From Tubulanus polymorphus (lineage: Eukaryota; Animalia; Nemertea), in contig NC_134032.1 in assembly GCF_964204645.1 (NCBI RefSeq), forward strand, positions 11,210,275 through 11,274,274: DNA of 64,000 nt. Reading direction: 5' to 3'. A program made the translations under genes and the position numbers. The notes under the pieces were generated by a model. That model did not search any database, was not told the origin of the DNA, and worked only from the letters and a program-made list of their open reading frames with translations. Shown here in pieces: positions 25,870 to 38,300 of this stretch; the stretch's first letter is position 1, and every line of letters starts with the position of its first letter.

Positions 25870-26928
25870 TAATTACTGTGTTCGAACCCAGGACATCCCT
25901 GTACATCCTTAATTCAGCATCAGGGCCACTCTGAATCAAGTCAGTAAAAAAATACCTGGTTCGAACCCGGGACACCCCTGTACATCCTCTTTTTATCATC
26001 AGGACCACTCCGAGTCAGTATCAGTAATTACTGGGTTCGAACTCTGGGCACCCCTTTACATCCTCCATTCAGCATCAGGACCACTCTGAGTCAGCATCAG
26101 TAATTACTGGGTTCGAACCCGGGACACCCCTGTTTATCCTCCATTCACCATCAGGACCACTCTGAATCAGTGTCAGTAATTACTGGAATCGAACCCAGGA
26201 CACCCCTGTACATCCTTATACTACAGTGATTACTGGGTTCGAACCCGGGACAGCCCTGTACATCTTGTATTCTGCGTCAGGACCACTCTGAATCAGTATC
26301 AGTAATTACTTTCACCAAGAACCTTAGTGTCTGTTGTACCACAGGTGGGTACACTAGGATTGTAGAGCGACAGATTAACTGCGGATTACTACGAATACAC
26401 TGATTTAGTAAATACGAATACGAATACGAATATTTATTACACTCCAACCATTCCCGTGGCTATTGAGGAGAAAACAGTATTTACAATTATATACAAAAAC
26501 ACTAGATAAAAGCACTTTGAAACATAACAAACGTTACAACATACTATTTACACACTACCGCCGGAGGGATCGATATAGTAAAATATGCTGTACGGTGCTG
26601 CCGCTATGATCGACAGCGGATTTTGCATAAACTAACACGAACTGACTCTGGCAGTAGACTCTCCTTGGTTGCCAGAGTCGATTCATGTTAGTGTATGAAA
26701 AATCCGCTAATGTTGAGCATAGCGGCAGCACCAGACGGTGTAGTGTGGCATCACGTCTATTTCATGAGTGTGCCAGTGGGTGCGAACCCGGGACACCCCT
26801 GTACATCCTCTATTCGGAATTAGGACAACTCTGCATCAGTGTCAGCAATTACTGGGTTCGAACCCGGGAGACCCCCTGTACATCCTCTATTCGGAATTAG
26901 GACCAATCTGCATCAGTGTCAGTAATTA
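25870..26928 (+). repeat. Second locus of the B-box minisatellite (25870-26310 and 26778-26928), interrupted
   Basis: Same unit as 11923-12561. The segment ~25710-25830 is duplicated at ~26617-26742. Confidence 0.85.
26311..26387 (+). mobile_element. Miniature internally deleted derivative of the Academ element
   Basis: 26311-26344 matches 43114-43147 at 33/34 nt and is joined to sequence matching 50510-50537 at 24/28 nt. Confidence 0.7.
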
Positions 26929-29139
26929 CGCAGAGCTTTTACGTTGCGGAGGAAACCCTGGCAAGCGAGTATACCCTTGGCGGTTGCGATTGAGTCGAAC
27001 TCAGACGACTAAGAATAAGTAAAATTGACAACACCTTGTGAGTAAACATTGATTTGTAAAATCGCTTAAATTTCGCAGTAATACAACAGGTATTTCAGGG
27101 AAGATCAATTTTGCAATTTTGAGTAGCATCTGAATTCGTTTTGCGTCGGAAAACAGCTAAAATTTATACTGACAGCTAGCTATTGATCGTCAATCAAATT
27201 GAAATTTATTGAGAAAACTTTTAACTGCAGTTGTCCCTAGTCTAGTACCTAGCCGTCGTTCTACAAACAAGTTGTAGGGAACCGGTAACAACGACTGGTA
27301 TTCAGACTACAGTTGTCCCATGCCGTATGGTTAAATTAGGGATAACTTGTTATTTCCTGGTAGGTTCGGACAACTATTCATCAGCCACCACCACAAGGAC
27401 GCTAACCACAATTGGTTAACTTACTTACAGTCAACCAGGGGCATGTTGCATGTTGTGACCATGTCGACCAATAAAAAGGGCATATATTCTTAATTTAGGG
27501 CAGAAAGGCATATCTGCAGCAAAATTTTTGAAACTTTACTGTCATTTTAGAGCTTTCTGAGCATCTCTGAGAGGCATTTAGTCAAGAACATAGGTCATAT
27601 ATTTAGGAAAATTATCTATTGTGTATCTTGGGTGGTTACAGCGGCAAATTTTGATACAAAGAAAAAATAAAAAGGCACTTTAAAATTCCGATCGTGTCGG
27701 GCAACACGGTCTAAATCCGCCCCTGGTCAACGTATTGTTATTGAATCCAGTCGCTCTGCTTTTTTAGACAGGCCACGGGGGATATTTTGCCAATGGCTCA
27801 TTCTGATCGGCTAGTTCACACCACGCATGCACACTGACATGCCAAAATTCAGAGAAAGTGTGGAGAGCAACAGCTACTACAGGAGAGTAATTCCTGAAAT
27901 TTTGAAATCTGCGTTGACACGACTACAAGCTTTATGGACCCTGTTGTTAGAGCTTGATAAATCATGCGATGAGCCGTTCCAATGTCCATGATGGATCGCA
28001 ATTCACTAAAAAAAGAACTCGTTTTTTCACTCCGAAAGTGCTTACTTTTGCTTTAGCCTTACCGCACCGAACCATGTATAATGATAATGAAAATAATATT
28101 TATTTCATCATCAATTAAACCGAATGCAAAATTACAAATAACGTAAATGACCGGAATTAGTGGATTGATGTTAGGGGCCTGAACAAAGCCAATCAGACGT
28201 TCAAGCCCCTTGAAAAAAGGTTTAATGATCATATATAGTAGTTAACCTCTTCACTACCGCAGATAATGTAACGTACCTCATCAGGACTCGAACCCAATGA
28301 CATCATTCAATTGACCTCAATTCGGTATTAGAGGCTTTTAGAGGTACTGATCCTCCATCTATGAATAAAATTGGAACTAAATTGAAGCGGACCGTTATAT
28401 AGTACACATAGCTACATGCCAGCGGCGTAGTGACTCGCAACACCAGCAATTGTAGTAAAAACATATATTTGCGATGTAAGAATACGTCACTAATGGTTAT
28501 TATTATTAAGAAATCTTCGTAATCGGACGCCGAATGAGCGATAAACCATTAGTTCCCCCTTTTTTTGTACAGCCACTAGTCTTCTTCTTCTTGTTCCTTT
28601 TACTTTTAGCATCAACTTCTTCTTCTGTTTACTGTCAGCATCAACTTGTTGATGAATATTACAGTTTTCGGGTGTGCGCAGAGAAATAAATATAAGTATA
28701 AGGGAGAAATTCAAAGGATATTGTTTTTGTTTTTTTTGTTTGTTCTAATTAAAATAGCCATGAATATACTATTGGCTATGGAGAGCAGCCTTGAAGCTTG
28801 CAAGGCTGCCGACTGACACCAGGTCTGCAGGGAGTTTATTCCACTCTCGGATAGTGCGAGGGAAGAACGACTGCTTCCTGGTTTCTGTACGCTGGTACTT
28901 GTCTTGGGGATGTTCTTTCAATTATGTAGAACAAGTGTTCATTAAATCTTTATAAAGATCTTCACATATATTGATAAATAGATATATTATAGGTTAATAG
29001 AAGATAATAATAGTAATAGTAATAATAATGAGAATACGTATGAGAAAACCCTAATCGTCTCTTTGTTGTATGTCGTTGTAGTTTTTCGCCCACCACCTGG
29101 CTGTTGTTGCTGCTGCTGCTGTAGATATCTCGGATCGCG

Positions 29140-32100
29140 ATGGGTAGCGACAGTCCTATTAAACAGGCGGAGGACACGTTCACGAAATGGAAACGTCGAA
29201 TTTACCGTGTCAGAAATTGCGGCATCATCTGGCTGCTCGTGTCGATTTTACTGTTCGTCATCGGAATCATTTTACTGGTTTTCTACGCCTCGTTCATAAA
29301 TGATAAAACTAACAAAGCTAAGCAGTAAGTGTTGTGGTCTTTTCTTATTCCAGTTCCCTATGCCTTCTTGGTTATGATATGATATGATATGATTTATTTG
29401 CATAAAAGATTGTTACAGAGTTTACAAATGAATACACAATATATGGAAAACAATGTACCAATAAATTATGCGAGGAATTAGGAGAAGCCAAAGTTGGTTT
29501 AATCTAGCCCTAATCCCTCGTCCATACACTCTCACATACACACAGACATATACACCAATTTACATTCATTCCTAGTTTACCAAACAAACCAAATATACAT
29601 AATATACATAGACAATTGCACATAAAGTAATGTGGCACGGTATAAAAGATTACACAGATAATTAATAAGTGGAACGAAGATAACGCTGAAGCTGAATTTT
29701 GAAGTTGGATATCGAGTCTAGATATTTTAATTTCTCTGGTAAACTATTCCAGAATTTCGCTCCTTGAATTTTCGTAGATGTATACTTGTATTTAGATTTA
29801 GCAAATTCTATTGATAAGGCCATAGGCCTGCGACAAACTCCTAAACAGGAAATACATTTAAAGTTGCTTGAGACACCTCTAATTTGAACAAAATGCCCGA
29901 AACTCCTTCAATTTTAAGAAATAGGCAATTAGAAATTTTTGTCTAGATTTTTAGTTGTACACAGTGGACTACCCCTTAACAGGGTCCGATCTAAGCAATA
30001 AAATCCACTTGCCCGGGGGGCAAGCATATCTGAAATTTCGCTTGCCCCCTCCAAAAGCTACTTGCCCTGCACAGGCAGTCCGATTGGTGGCACTGTCATC
30101 CGTTGTATCGAGTGGGAAAAAAGCTTTGTGACATAAAATTGCAAAGCCTGGTAGACAAGTGATAACAAAAATACGATAATGATAACCTACTTGCCCTGAT
30201 GAGAATATACTTGTCCCGGGCAATCGGACAAGTGCTTAGATCGGACCCTGCTTAGTCGATACAGTTGGGACCTGGATTTTTTTCACCCAATTAGGCGCTT
30301 ATTTAAGGGTACAAATTTGCTTACAAAACAACCGAATTATTGGTTTACCGAGATAAACAGTACCGATATCGAGGTTTACGCTGTTGGGATATGAAAGTGA
30401 TGCAGACACTAGCGGCAGAACTGCAGATGAAATAATCTATTGCGACAAATTTCGTTCTAATAAATTATTTCATATAAAATTCGAATTGTGGGACATCTTC
30501 AATTAATCTACAGTATACACACATTATAGTGTATCATTCGACTACTAACACATGGTGATTTCGGAGATCGGGTCTGAGCTCGAGAACGGTCGTCACATAT
30601 CGCTTGTTTTATTTCATTTTATCGAAACGTTGTTTACGTGTTATTTCAGCGCTGGTGGCATCGCCGGAGTCGTCACGCTCCTGTTGGGAATTCTCGGTTT
30701 AGTCATCGGAGTACTGATGATCGTTTTATTCCTACATCTGTTCAAAAAAATGGAGCGAAGGGTACGTATTACGTAGTGGCAATATTGAGCAGCCTGATTC
30801 TACGATCAAAATCTAAGTCCAAAAAACGGGATTAGATCGTACGACTGGTTTTATTGATATGGTTAATACAGTGTAAATTTCGTCTGACGCGGACAAACCA
30901 GTAGCCAACTCGAAACCAAACTGACATGGAAAAAAAACTGATTATTTTCAGACTTCTTATTTTTCCGATCAAAACGAACTGCCTTTAAAGACGGTTCTAA
31001 GAGAAATGGCGACACTAACCTAGGATCATCTAGATGTTGAACAAATTAAGATCTGTTTTCAAGATTTATCTTAAGTCTACACTTGGACTCAAAATCATGA
31101 CTGGACCGGGTCCAGAGGTTTACCTTAAGCCATGCATTATTCACATTTGATATGTGAAACATTTTGTGTAGAATTTTGTAAAAAATTTGCTAAGTTCTTC
31201 TCCGTACCTCATGTTTATGACACATTTATTTTTACAGATGAACGGAACAATGGGCCCAAATACCAAATATAACGCGGAAAGTCTGCCGCCCGGTAGTTAC
31301 CCGAAGCAGCCACCAGATGTCGTTGATCCGTCGGCGTATCCCGGTGCCGAACCATCTGCCCCAGATCCGAGGTTCGTTGATTTTCTTCGCTCATTCGGCT
31401 TTCGGTTACGAAGATTTCCGAAATCATTTGGATCCGTTTCCACAGTTGTGAGTTAAGACTTAACTCTGAGTTAAAATTAGTTCATTTTCAATTCTAGAGT
31501 CAATTCTAAGTTAACAACTGTGGAACTGGGTTCTGTATATCACTATCGAATTGCTTTTCACTTGGTTGATTTATGAAGAAAGAAATCTCTTGGCTTGATC
31601 GGTGAAGACTGACTTCATGCTAGTGTCCTCTGAGCTCAGACCACTATTCCAAAATCTTCTATATCCTATAGGCCTAGTAAAAACAAGAAATTGGAGTGTT
31701 AAGTTCATATAAAAGCGTGTAAATTCAGGGGAGATCCTGCTTATGGCTGTTAGGCCAGCATCTTAGCTATGCGCATTGATGTGGTTTTCGCCCCAGAAAA
31801 ACCAACCTAACCTTTGAAATAATCAAACCCTTAGAAAGGGGGGTAACCCAGGACAAGTATGCTAGTACACCCAAGCCAAGAATTCCCCACTTTGTTTGGT
31901 GCTCTTATTCCAGACAAAAAAATCCAGGGAATCCTTTATTTCATGATAAAATGGGGGATTGTGGAGAGCACTTTTTCTTTCTAGGTACTATTTTTGGGGT
32001 CGTCCCCTACGCGCATCTTGAAGCTTCTAACCTAACTGTGTTCGTATCTGATCATGCCACCTAGTGGACCCTCGATTGCCGCAGTAGCACTTCTAATACC

Positions 32101-32183
32101 GATTACAATAACTTTTTTTCAGTCACACGAACAAAGCAGCAACAGTCGATGAAATACACATCGAAGAGAATGTTAAATTCTAA
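29140..32183 (+). CDS. Uncharacterised 163-aa two-TM protein with Pro-rich tail, 4 exons
   Basis: Exons 29140-29324, 30650-30761, 31238-31371, 32123-32183; phases 2/0/2 are consistent. TM1 GIIWLLVSILLFVIGIILLVFYASFI, TM2 GGIAGVVTLLLGILGLVIGVLMIVLFLHLF; protein ends ...IEENVKF*. Confidence 0.75.
29375..29860 (-). mobile_element. 3' end of a CR1/L2-clade LINE
   Basis: Minus-strand translation ...KIQGAKFWNSLPEKLKYLDSISNFKIQLQRYL fits the ORF2 C-terminal G..WN.LP...FK motif; followed by AATAAA and an (ATATC)n tail. Confidence 0.7.
29980..30250. mobile_element. MITE with perfect 18-bp TIRs
   Basis: CAGGGTCCGATCTAAGCA ... TGCTTAGATCGGACCCTG; no clean TSD seen. Confidence 0.75.
30794..31141 (+). 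repeat. ~340-bp dispersed repeat; inverted copy at ~33407-33732
   Basis: For example GACTGGACCGGGTCCAGAGGTTTACCTTAAGCCATGCATTATT matches the reverse complement of 33407-33455. Confidence 0.75.
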
Positions 32184-35100
32184 TACGATCGGTCGGTGAA
32201 AGTGCCGGTCTGCTCCGGATGGGAGTGCTCCGATATACCTCTGCTCGCGGCGGGAGGTGTGTTAGTGTGTTTTTACTGATTTTCAGTATTACAACAGTCT
32301 CACTACTTGTTCTCTGTCTCCAAACTGTTGAATGTTTTACCCAGGAACGAGTTTTATCTGGCTCAATGTTTATAACGGTAAAACCCGCTTAATCCGGATC
32401 GTTTGAAACTGTTTAAAGTCATTGGTTTATTAAAAACCAGAACCCGGTTCGTCGGTTTCGGGGTTAAATTTCACTCGCATTATGATTCGAAGTCGGTTCA
32501 TTTTCCGAACGTTTAAACTGTGAAGTTGTAAAAATCTAACCTTGAGCTTTCGAATTAGGCCCAGAGGTCAGTTTCACAAATAGGTTTAACTATTAAATCG
32601 ATTTAAGATAAAGTGAATTGATGAAGAGATTGAATTGATCCAAGAGTTAAACCTTTTTGTGAAACTGGACCCTGGACTCGGTTCCGCAGTTGTTAGAGGA
32701 ATATTTGAAAATGAACTGATATCAACTTGAACCTTCCTCACAATCGGGATCTAAGCCCAGTTTCTCAATTGTGAGTTAAGATTTGAATCGGAAGTTAACT
32801 CAGTGAAAACAATGAAACTACTGGTCCCAGTTCCAGAGTTCTGTGTGTTGAAATTCAACTCAAGAGTTACATCAGAATTAACGAACTGAACTGGAACTGA
32901 ATCCTGGTATTTTAACTCAAACTCACAGCTGTTAACTAGATCCTGCGGTTGTTTTTTGTTCTATTTGGATTTAGATCGATTCTTTCTTGATTTCAACATG
33001 ATCTCCGGATTAAGCAGGTTTCATATCTTTGTTCAATCGTTTATTAATGATTTTAACTTATTTTGATTAATTATCGAAGTTGATTAGAAGTGAATGTTAC
33101 AATTATAGTTATATTTATTTATCTTATCCTGATGTATATTATCAGAAATAATATCGGTTTGTGTCGTTTGTTGTGAGGTTTTTCCGAGGGTTTTGCATAT
33201 TTTCTCATTTTTTTCGGAATTCTCGCAGCGGGCATAATAGTTGATAATAATCAACCACCGTAATATTTATTTCCAAATTATGGGAAAATCGACATAGAAT
33301 CTCCGGATGTGATAAACTAAATGCCAGTAAATGTTATTTCGACCTCTTGAAGTGAATATTTAAAACTTTCGATGTGAAATATATTGATGTTGATAAGGTA
33401 TACCAAATAATGCATGACTTAAGTTAAGGTTAACCTCTGGACCTGGTCCAGTCAAGATTTAAGCCCAAAGCATGGACTTAAGATAATTTTAAAAATAAAG
33501 GCTAGTCTAGCCATTACTCTAAAACCATTTCTAAGAACAGTTCATTTTGAACGTGAAAAATAAGATAGATTGGAAATAATCAAATTTTCATCTGAATTCA
33601 GCCAAACATCCGAGCTAGCAACTGGTATGTCTGAGTTAGACGAATTTTACTGTGTAACCAATAAACCAAATTAAGTAAAACCAAAACCGATCTGATCCTG
33701 TGTTTGGACTTAAATTACGACTGAAGAATCAGTCCCTGGCATGTGACTATGTATATCTTATACATGTTTAATACACAAAAGCATAAATGTATATAAAGGT
33801 TTATATGATGTTTTTTTTTTCTGGTTTAAGGAAGCGCCCCGTGTTATTTTGTCGTTCCGTAATACGGAATAGTAGTAATATCGTAATATCGTATAAAACT
33901 ATGGATGAATGTAAAGAAAACGTGTCACAAAGAATATTATAGAATGTATTAATTTTTTTCGAATGATAAGTGCCAAATTTTGACGATTCGTGATTGTTGA
34001 ATTGTAGGGGTTTAAACTTTGTGTGAAGTTGACGAACCCCGAGAAAGGTGTAACCGATGCAGGCGTCAATAAGCTGCCTGGAACCACACGCACTCCCGGA
34101 ATTTCATTGTTGGATGAAGACTGGACGATCAGTTTTCTGAAAGTGGGCCACAGCGAATTCATACCTGCATCAGTTACTGTAGCTATAGTTCAGAGAAATA
34201 TTTCAGATTTATTTTAATAATCGGCTTTTATTTTTCTAGCCGTTGTTTCTGTTTTTCCTCAGATCGTGTTATCTTCCTGCTAAGAATATGTTTCAGAATA
34301 TTTTTCTTCGCTAGATTATCTAAGATTCTTCCAGTTTTCGGTGATGATTTCATTTGTTATCCTCACTTTCCAGGGTCGCCTCGTGCTCTGAAGAGCGCAC
34401 CGTGCGTGTTGGGGTGAGGTTCATCCCCCTGGCAAGTGAGGTTGTTATGATATATTTATCTGCATTTACCGTATATATTATTTTTCCCTGCTCTGTAATT
34501 CGTGATCAGCAAATTATTGCTGTGACCCCAAATGATGTGTGGATTTCTAATCATGGTAAAGAGTTTGAATTTTGAAGAGTTGTAAAGTAGCTTGACTGGG
34601 AAATTGTTCTACTTTGAGAAGGGGTCCTATGCAGATCAGACTATGACACTATGAGTTAAGGGTCATTTTACTAGTGTAAGAGTACAACTGCCCCCAAAAA
34701 TATCCAGAATTCTCTCAAAATTACAGAATAATTTCTAGTGCATTTTCAATCAAACTACTATTTTTTATGTCAACATACTCTCATTTTTGGGGTGGGGAAA
34801 ACTATTACTAGAGGGAGTCAGTAGGCCTACTGGTAGTCTGGTCTGCCTATAGTCCTACAGCTTTCACAAACCCATCTGCTCGATGGGCCTGTATAAACAG
34901 GACTGTGGTCCAAATTTTAAGTAACTATCTTCCCCAGCCTGCCCCAATATACAGTCAAGATGATTCGTTTCAAATTTTTTACATAATTTCAGTAAGATTT
35001 AAAGAGTTTTTCAAGTATATCATGATGATGTTTAGAAATTGTTTGGGGTGAATTTTTCAACAATCATTATTTCTACTGGTACTTAATAAATGAATATTGC

Positions 35101-35389
35101 ATATCTTGCATGATATTCTGTATTTTTATATACAAACTATGGAAAAATAAATTTTATTAGTAACTGCTTAAAAAACACTGTAAATGCGTTATTTTCGATA
35201 ATCCATTATGATTCATTGACGTATCTTTGTCGCTTTTTCAACTGAAGATCAGGCATTTGTGGTGATGTGTTCTACAACTTTTAATGCTAGTCTTGAAGTA
35301 AGACCGGATTCAGTTTTTGTTCAACAAAGTGGTATTGAGTTTGAGTTTGTGGTAGTTAGTACGTTTGACACTCATATGACTTCCGGTCT

Positions 35390-38300
35390 ATGGCTACTAT
35401 GGTAAGAATGCGTATTAAATCTTAGTTTTTCGCAGATTGCGGTCGTGTTTGAAGCCGGCTCGAGTTGTCAGCGCCATGGAACTGAAGAACAGATATTCCC
35501 CCGCGGTTAGAAACGGCGTTCATTTCTCCTACGCCTAAAACCCGTTTAGAAACGGGCCTTCAAATAGTCGACTCTGTCATCTGATAGTCTGTGTCCGCTC
35601 CGTTTGTTTCTCAAAAAAATGAATCATCCGACCCCTTTTTGTGAATGATTAATGTAATTTTTATGCTGGTGTGTATGGATGTCTAGATAAATGTTAGGCC
35701 AACTTTCCACTTTGTATTGCTAATGAAATTAGGGTAATGGTGAGGTGAAACCCAACAATAACATCCTAATAATTAGAACGAAGGAACACCATGACCAAAA
35801 CTGCAGTCGCTCCCTGATAATACGATCCAATGTCCAGTGTTTGTGGTTGTTTTTCGATTAAGAATCGAATTGGTTGAGGGCCTGTGAAAATGTGGAGTGT
35901 GGACTGATCAGTTTTTGAAAGTGTGCTGAAAAATATCCAAATGACTGGTGTTCATAGTTCATTTTCGCTTAAAAATTTAAAAATACCTTTGGGTAAAGTT
36001 CAGAACAGCCTAGACTATCATAAGTTGGAAAAATGTTGATAGAATATCTGAGCGGGGTGCAGATTAATCGTGTTCATATTTGTTGAATGTGTCACTCAAA
36101 AAGCACCTGGAGAGTGATCATCAAGACTTCACATTGATTGAACTATGATTTGGTTTGTTTGGCTTTGCGTTGTTTGGATCTTGGTTTTCCAGACCCTTAT
36201 GGCTTGTTCATTTAACTTCACGACGGGACGGCCTTTGAAGTGTTGCCCGCACACTGTAAGCAGCCAGCAGGACTCAACCCACTTGTCACTTGGCACTGAT
36301 AGTGGATGCAACAACTTCACACCTTATCTCACTGATCTACTGAGGATGATTAAAGTCTAAAATGGCTGCAGATTGAAACCTCAGTTAAAAATCGTTGTCT
36401 CAAACGTCGAAATATTCTCATTTTCAGTCGTATGTAGAAGATGTCGATGACGGCCCGTATAGCTCTAGTTATACCGTAGGCTCGTTCCCGAAAGATTATG
36501 GGTACGGGCCCGATATGGACGGCGATCAGGACATGTCGGGCGGGGCGACGTCCCCGGAAAATAAACCCCGCATTTTACTCATGGGGCTTCGCAGGTAAAC
36601 ATTTTATTAGTAAATCGCATAATTAAAGGTGAAAAAATTGCAGTAGAACTTGATTTTAGAAATAAATTTGTCTTTGACCTGGACCCGATTCCATAGTTCT
36701 AGGATTAATTTCAAAGTGGTTAAGAGTTAAAATAAGATCTGATATTTTAGCTTTTTAAGAGGCAAATCTGAAATCTGTAGAACCAGGTCTTTGGTATAAA
36801 GCGCTGCGCCTAAAAACTTACTCGCTGCGCTATCTCTCGAAGGCCCTTTTAACCCTTTCAGTGCTGGCTAATTAATACCCTATAGTGCTGAAGATAATTT
36901 GAAAATTCTGAAAAATTCCATTCTAGTGTGTTGAATAACGGGAATAGCACTATAGTGCGTCTACACCGCGGCGCGGTGTATTGTTAGTTATTAATAGTTC
37001 ACTATGTTTGACAGGTGCTGCCATCTTTCAAGAGAGATAATTAGTAATTACTAATTAAATCAATACACCGCAGTGTGGTGTACTAGCAAAATCCATCACT
37101 GATTCGTACACTGCACTGCAGTGTAGACGCACTGAAAGGGTTAAATAGCCAGGTTTTAACTTATGTTTTTAAACTTATGTCATCAACTTATCTCGTGTCC
37201 ATAAGACTATTCCATAAACAAGGTCCTTGAATAATTGAAAATAAACTGAATATTGACTGTTAGTGAGTGAGTCAAATCTACTGAAACTGTGGAACCGAGA
37301 CATTTTTCAATTATTCAGCCTGGCAGTTAACTCAATGTCAACCCCCACAAAGTAAAACGAAAACTGATCTAGAAGACTTATGACCGGCTTTTCACTGGCG
37401 TTTTGAAATTTAAGAAGTTTTTTTTCGTCTTCAGGAGTGGCAAATCGTCGATACAGAAAGTCGTGTTTCACAAAATGTCGCCGAACGAAACCTTATTTCT
37501 CGAGAGTACGAGTAAAATAGTTAAAGACGGTGAGTTAAGAATATTCATAGTTCAAAAACAAAACTGCCTCAAAGTTTCTGTATTTAATAATCAGTCGTAT
37601 TGATTCTATTCGTTCTGTTTTCTAGATATATCGAACAGTTCGTTCGTGCAGTTTCATATTTGGGATTTCCCGGGACAGATCGATTTCTTCGACCCTCAGT
37701 TCGATTTCGAGATGATTTTCAGCGGATGTGGTGCTCTTATTTACGTGATAGATGCTCAGGTAATTACAATTAATCAGCGTGAGATGGGATAATTTCAAGG
37801 GCGAGGGTAACTCGAGAGGGGAGAGGCTCCAGGGTAGATTCTGCTTTTTAATTCTGGATTCTTGGCCGAGTTTTGACTTAAGACTAAATGTAAACGTTAT
37901 CTTTGATCTTAAGGCCAGTATAAGTTGTCAGATAGGTTACAGAACTAAACTAAAGTGAGCTTAGACTGATCTTAAGTTGTTAGATTGGCTATAGACGTAG
38001 AACCATAATAAGCTGAGCTGGGTCTTTAATATCTTCACCTAATTGTTGGTGGTAAGCTTTTATAATGGGATGGGCTTATATCAACTCATGTGAAACTGAC
38101 CCACACGCAGCTTACTGACTTAGGTGTTAAGTTGTAAGATTGGCTAGAGAACCAAAATAAGCTTTAGGTTGGTAGAATGGGCTTAGACTGGTCTTAACAG
38201 GTCCTGTCAATTTGAAAATGGTTAAATCCAGTTTAAACAAAAAAAAACATAGTGTGAATAAGATTGAAACGATAATCTTTTCAGGATGACTATATGGAAG

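Noticed and set aside
26770-26790. Right terminus of the miniature Academ (TGCCAGTGGGTG)
   Set aside because: Equally explained by the minisatellite unit resuming (GTGCCAGT...GGGTTCGAAC); no GGTGAA plus TSD.
33899-34217. Short ORFs on both strands between the two-TM gene and RagC/D
   Set aside because: No motifs or consistent exon chain; at most a non-coding exon.
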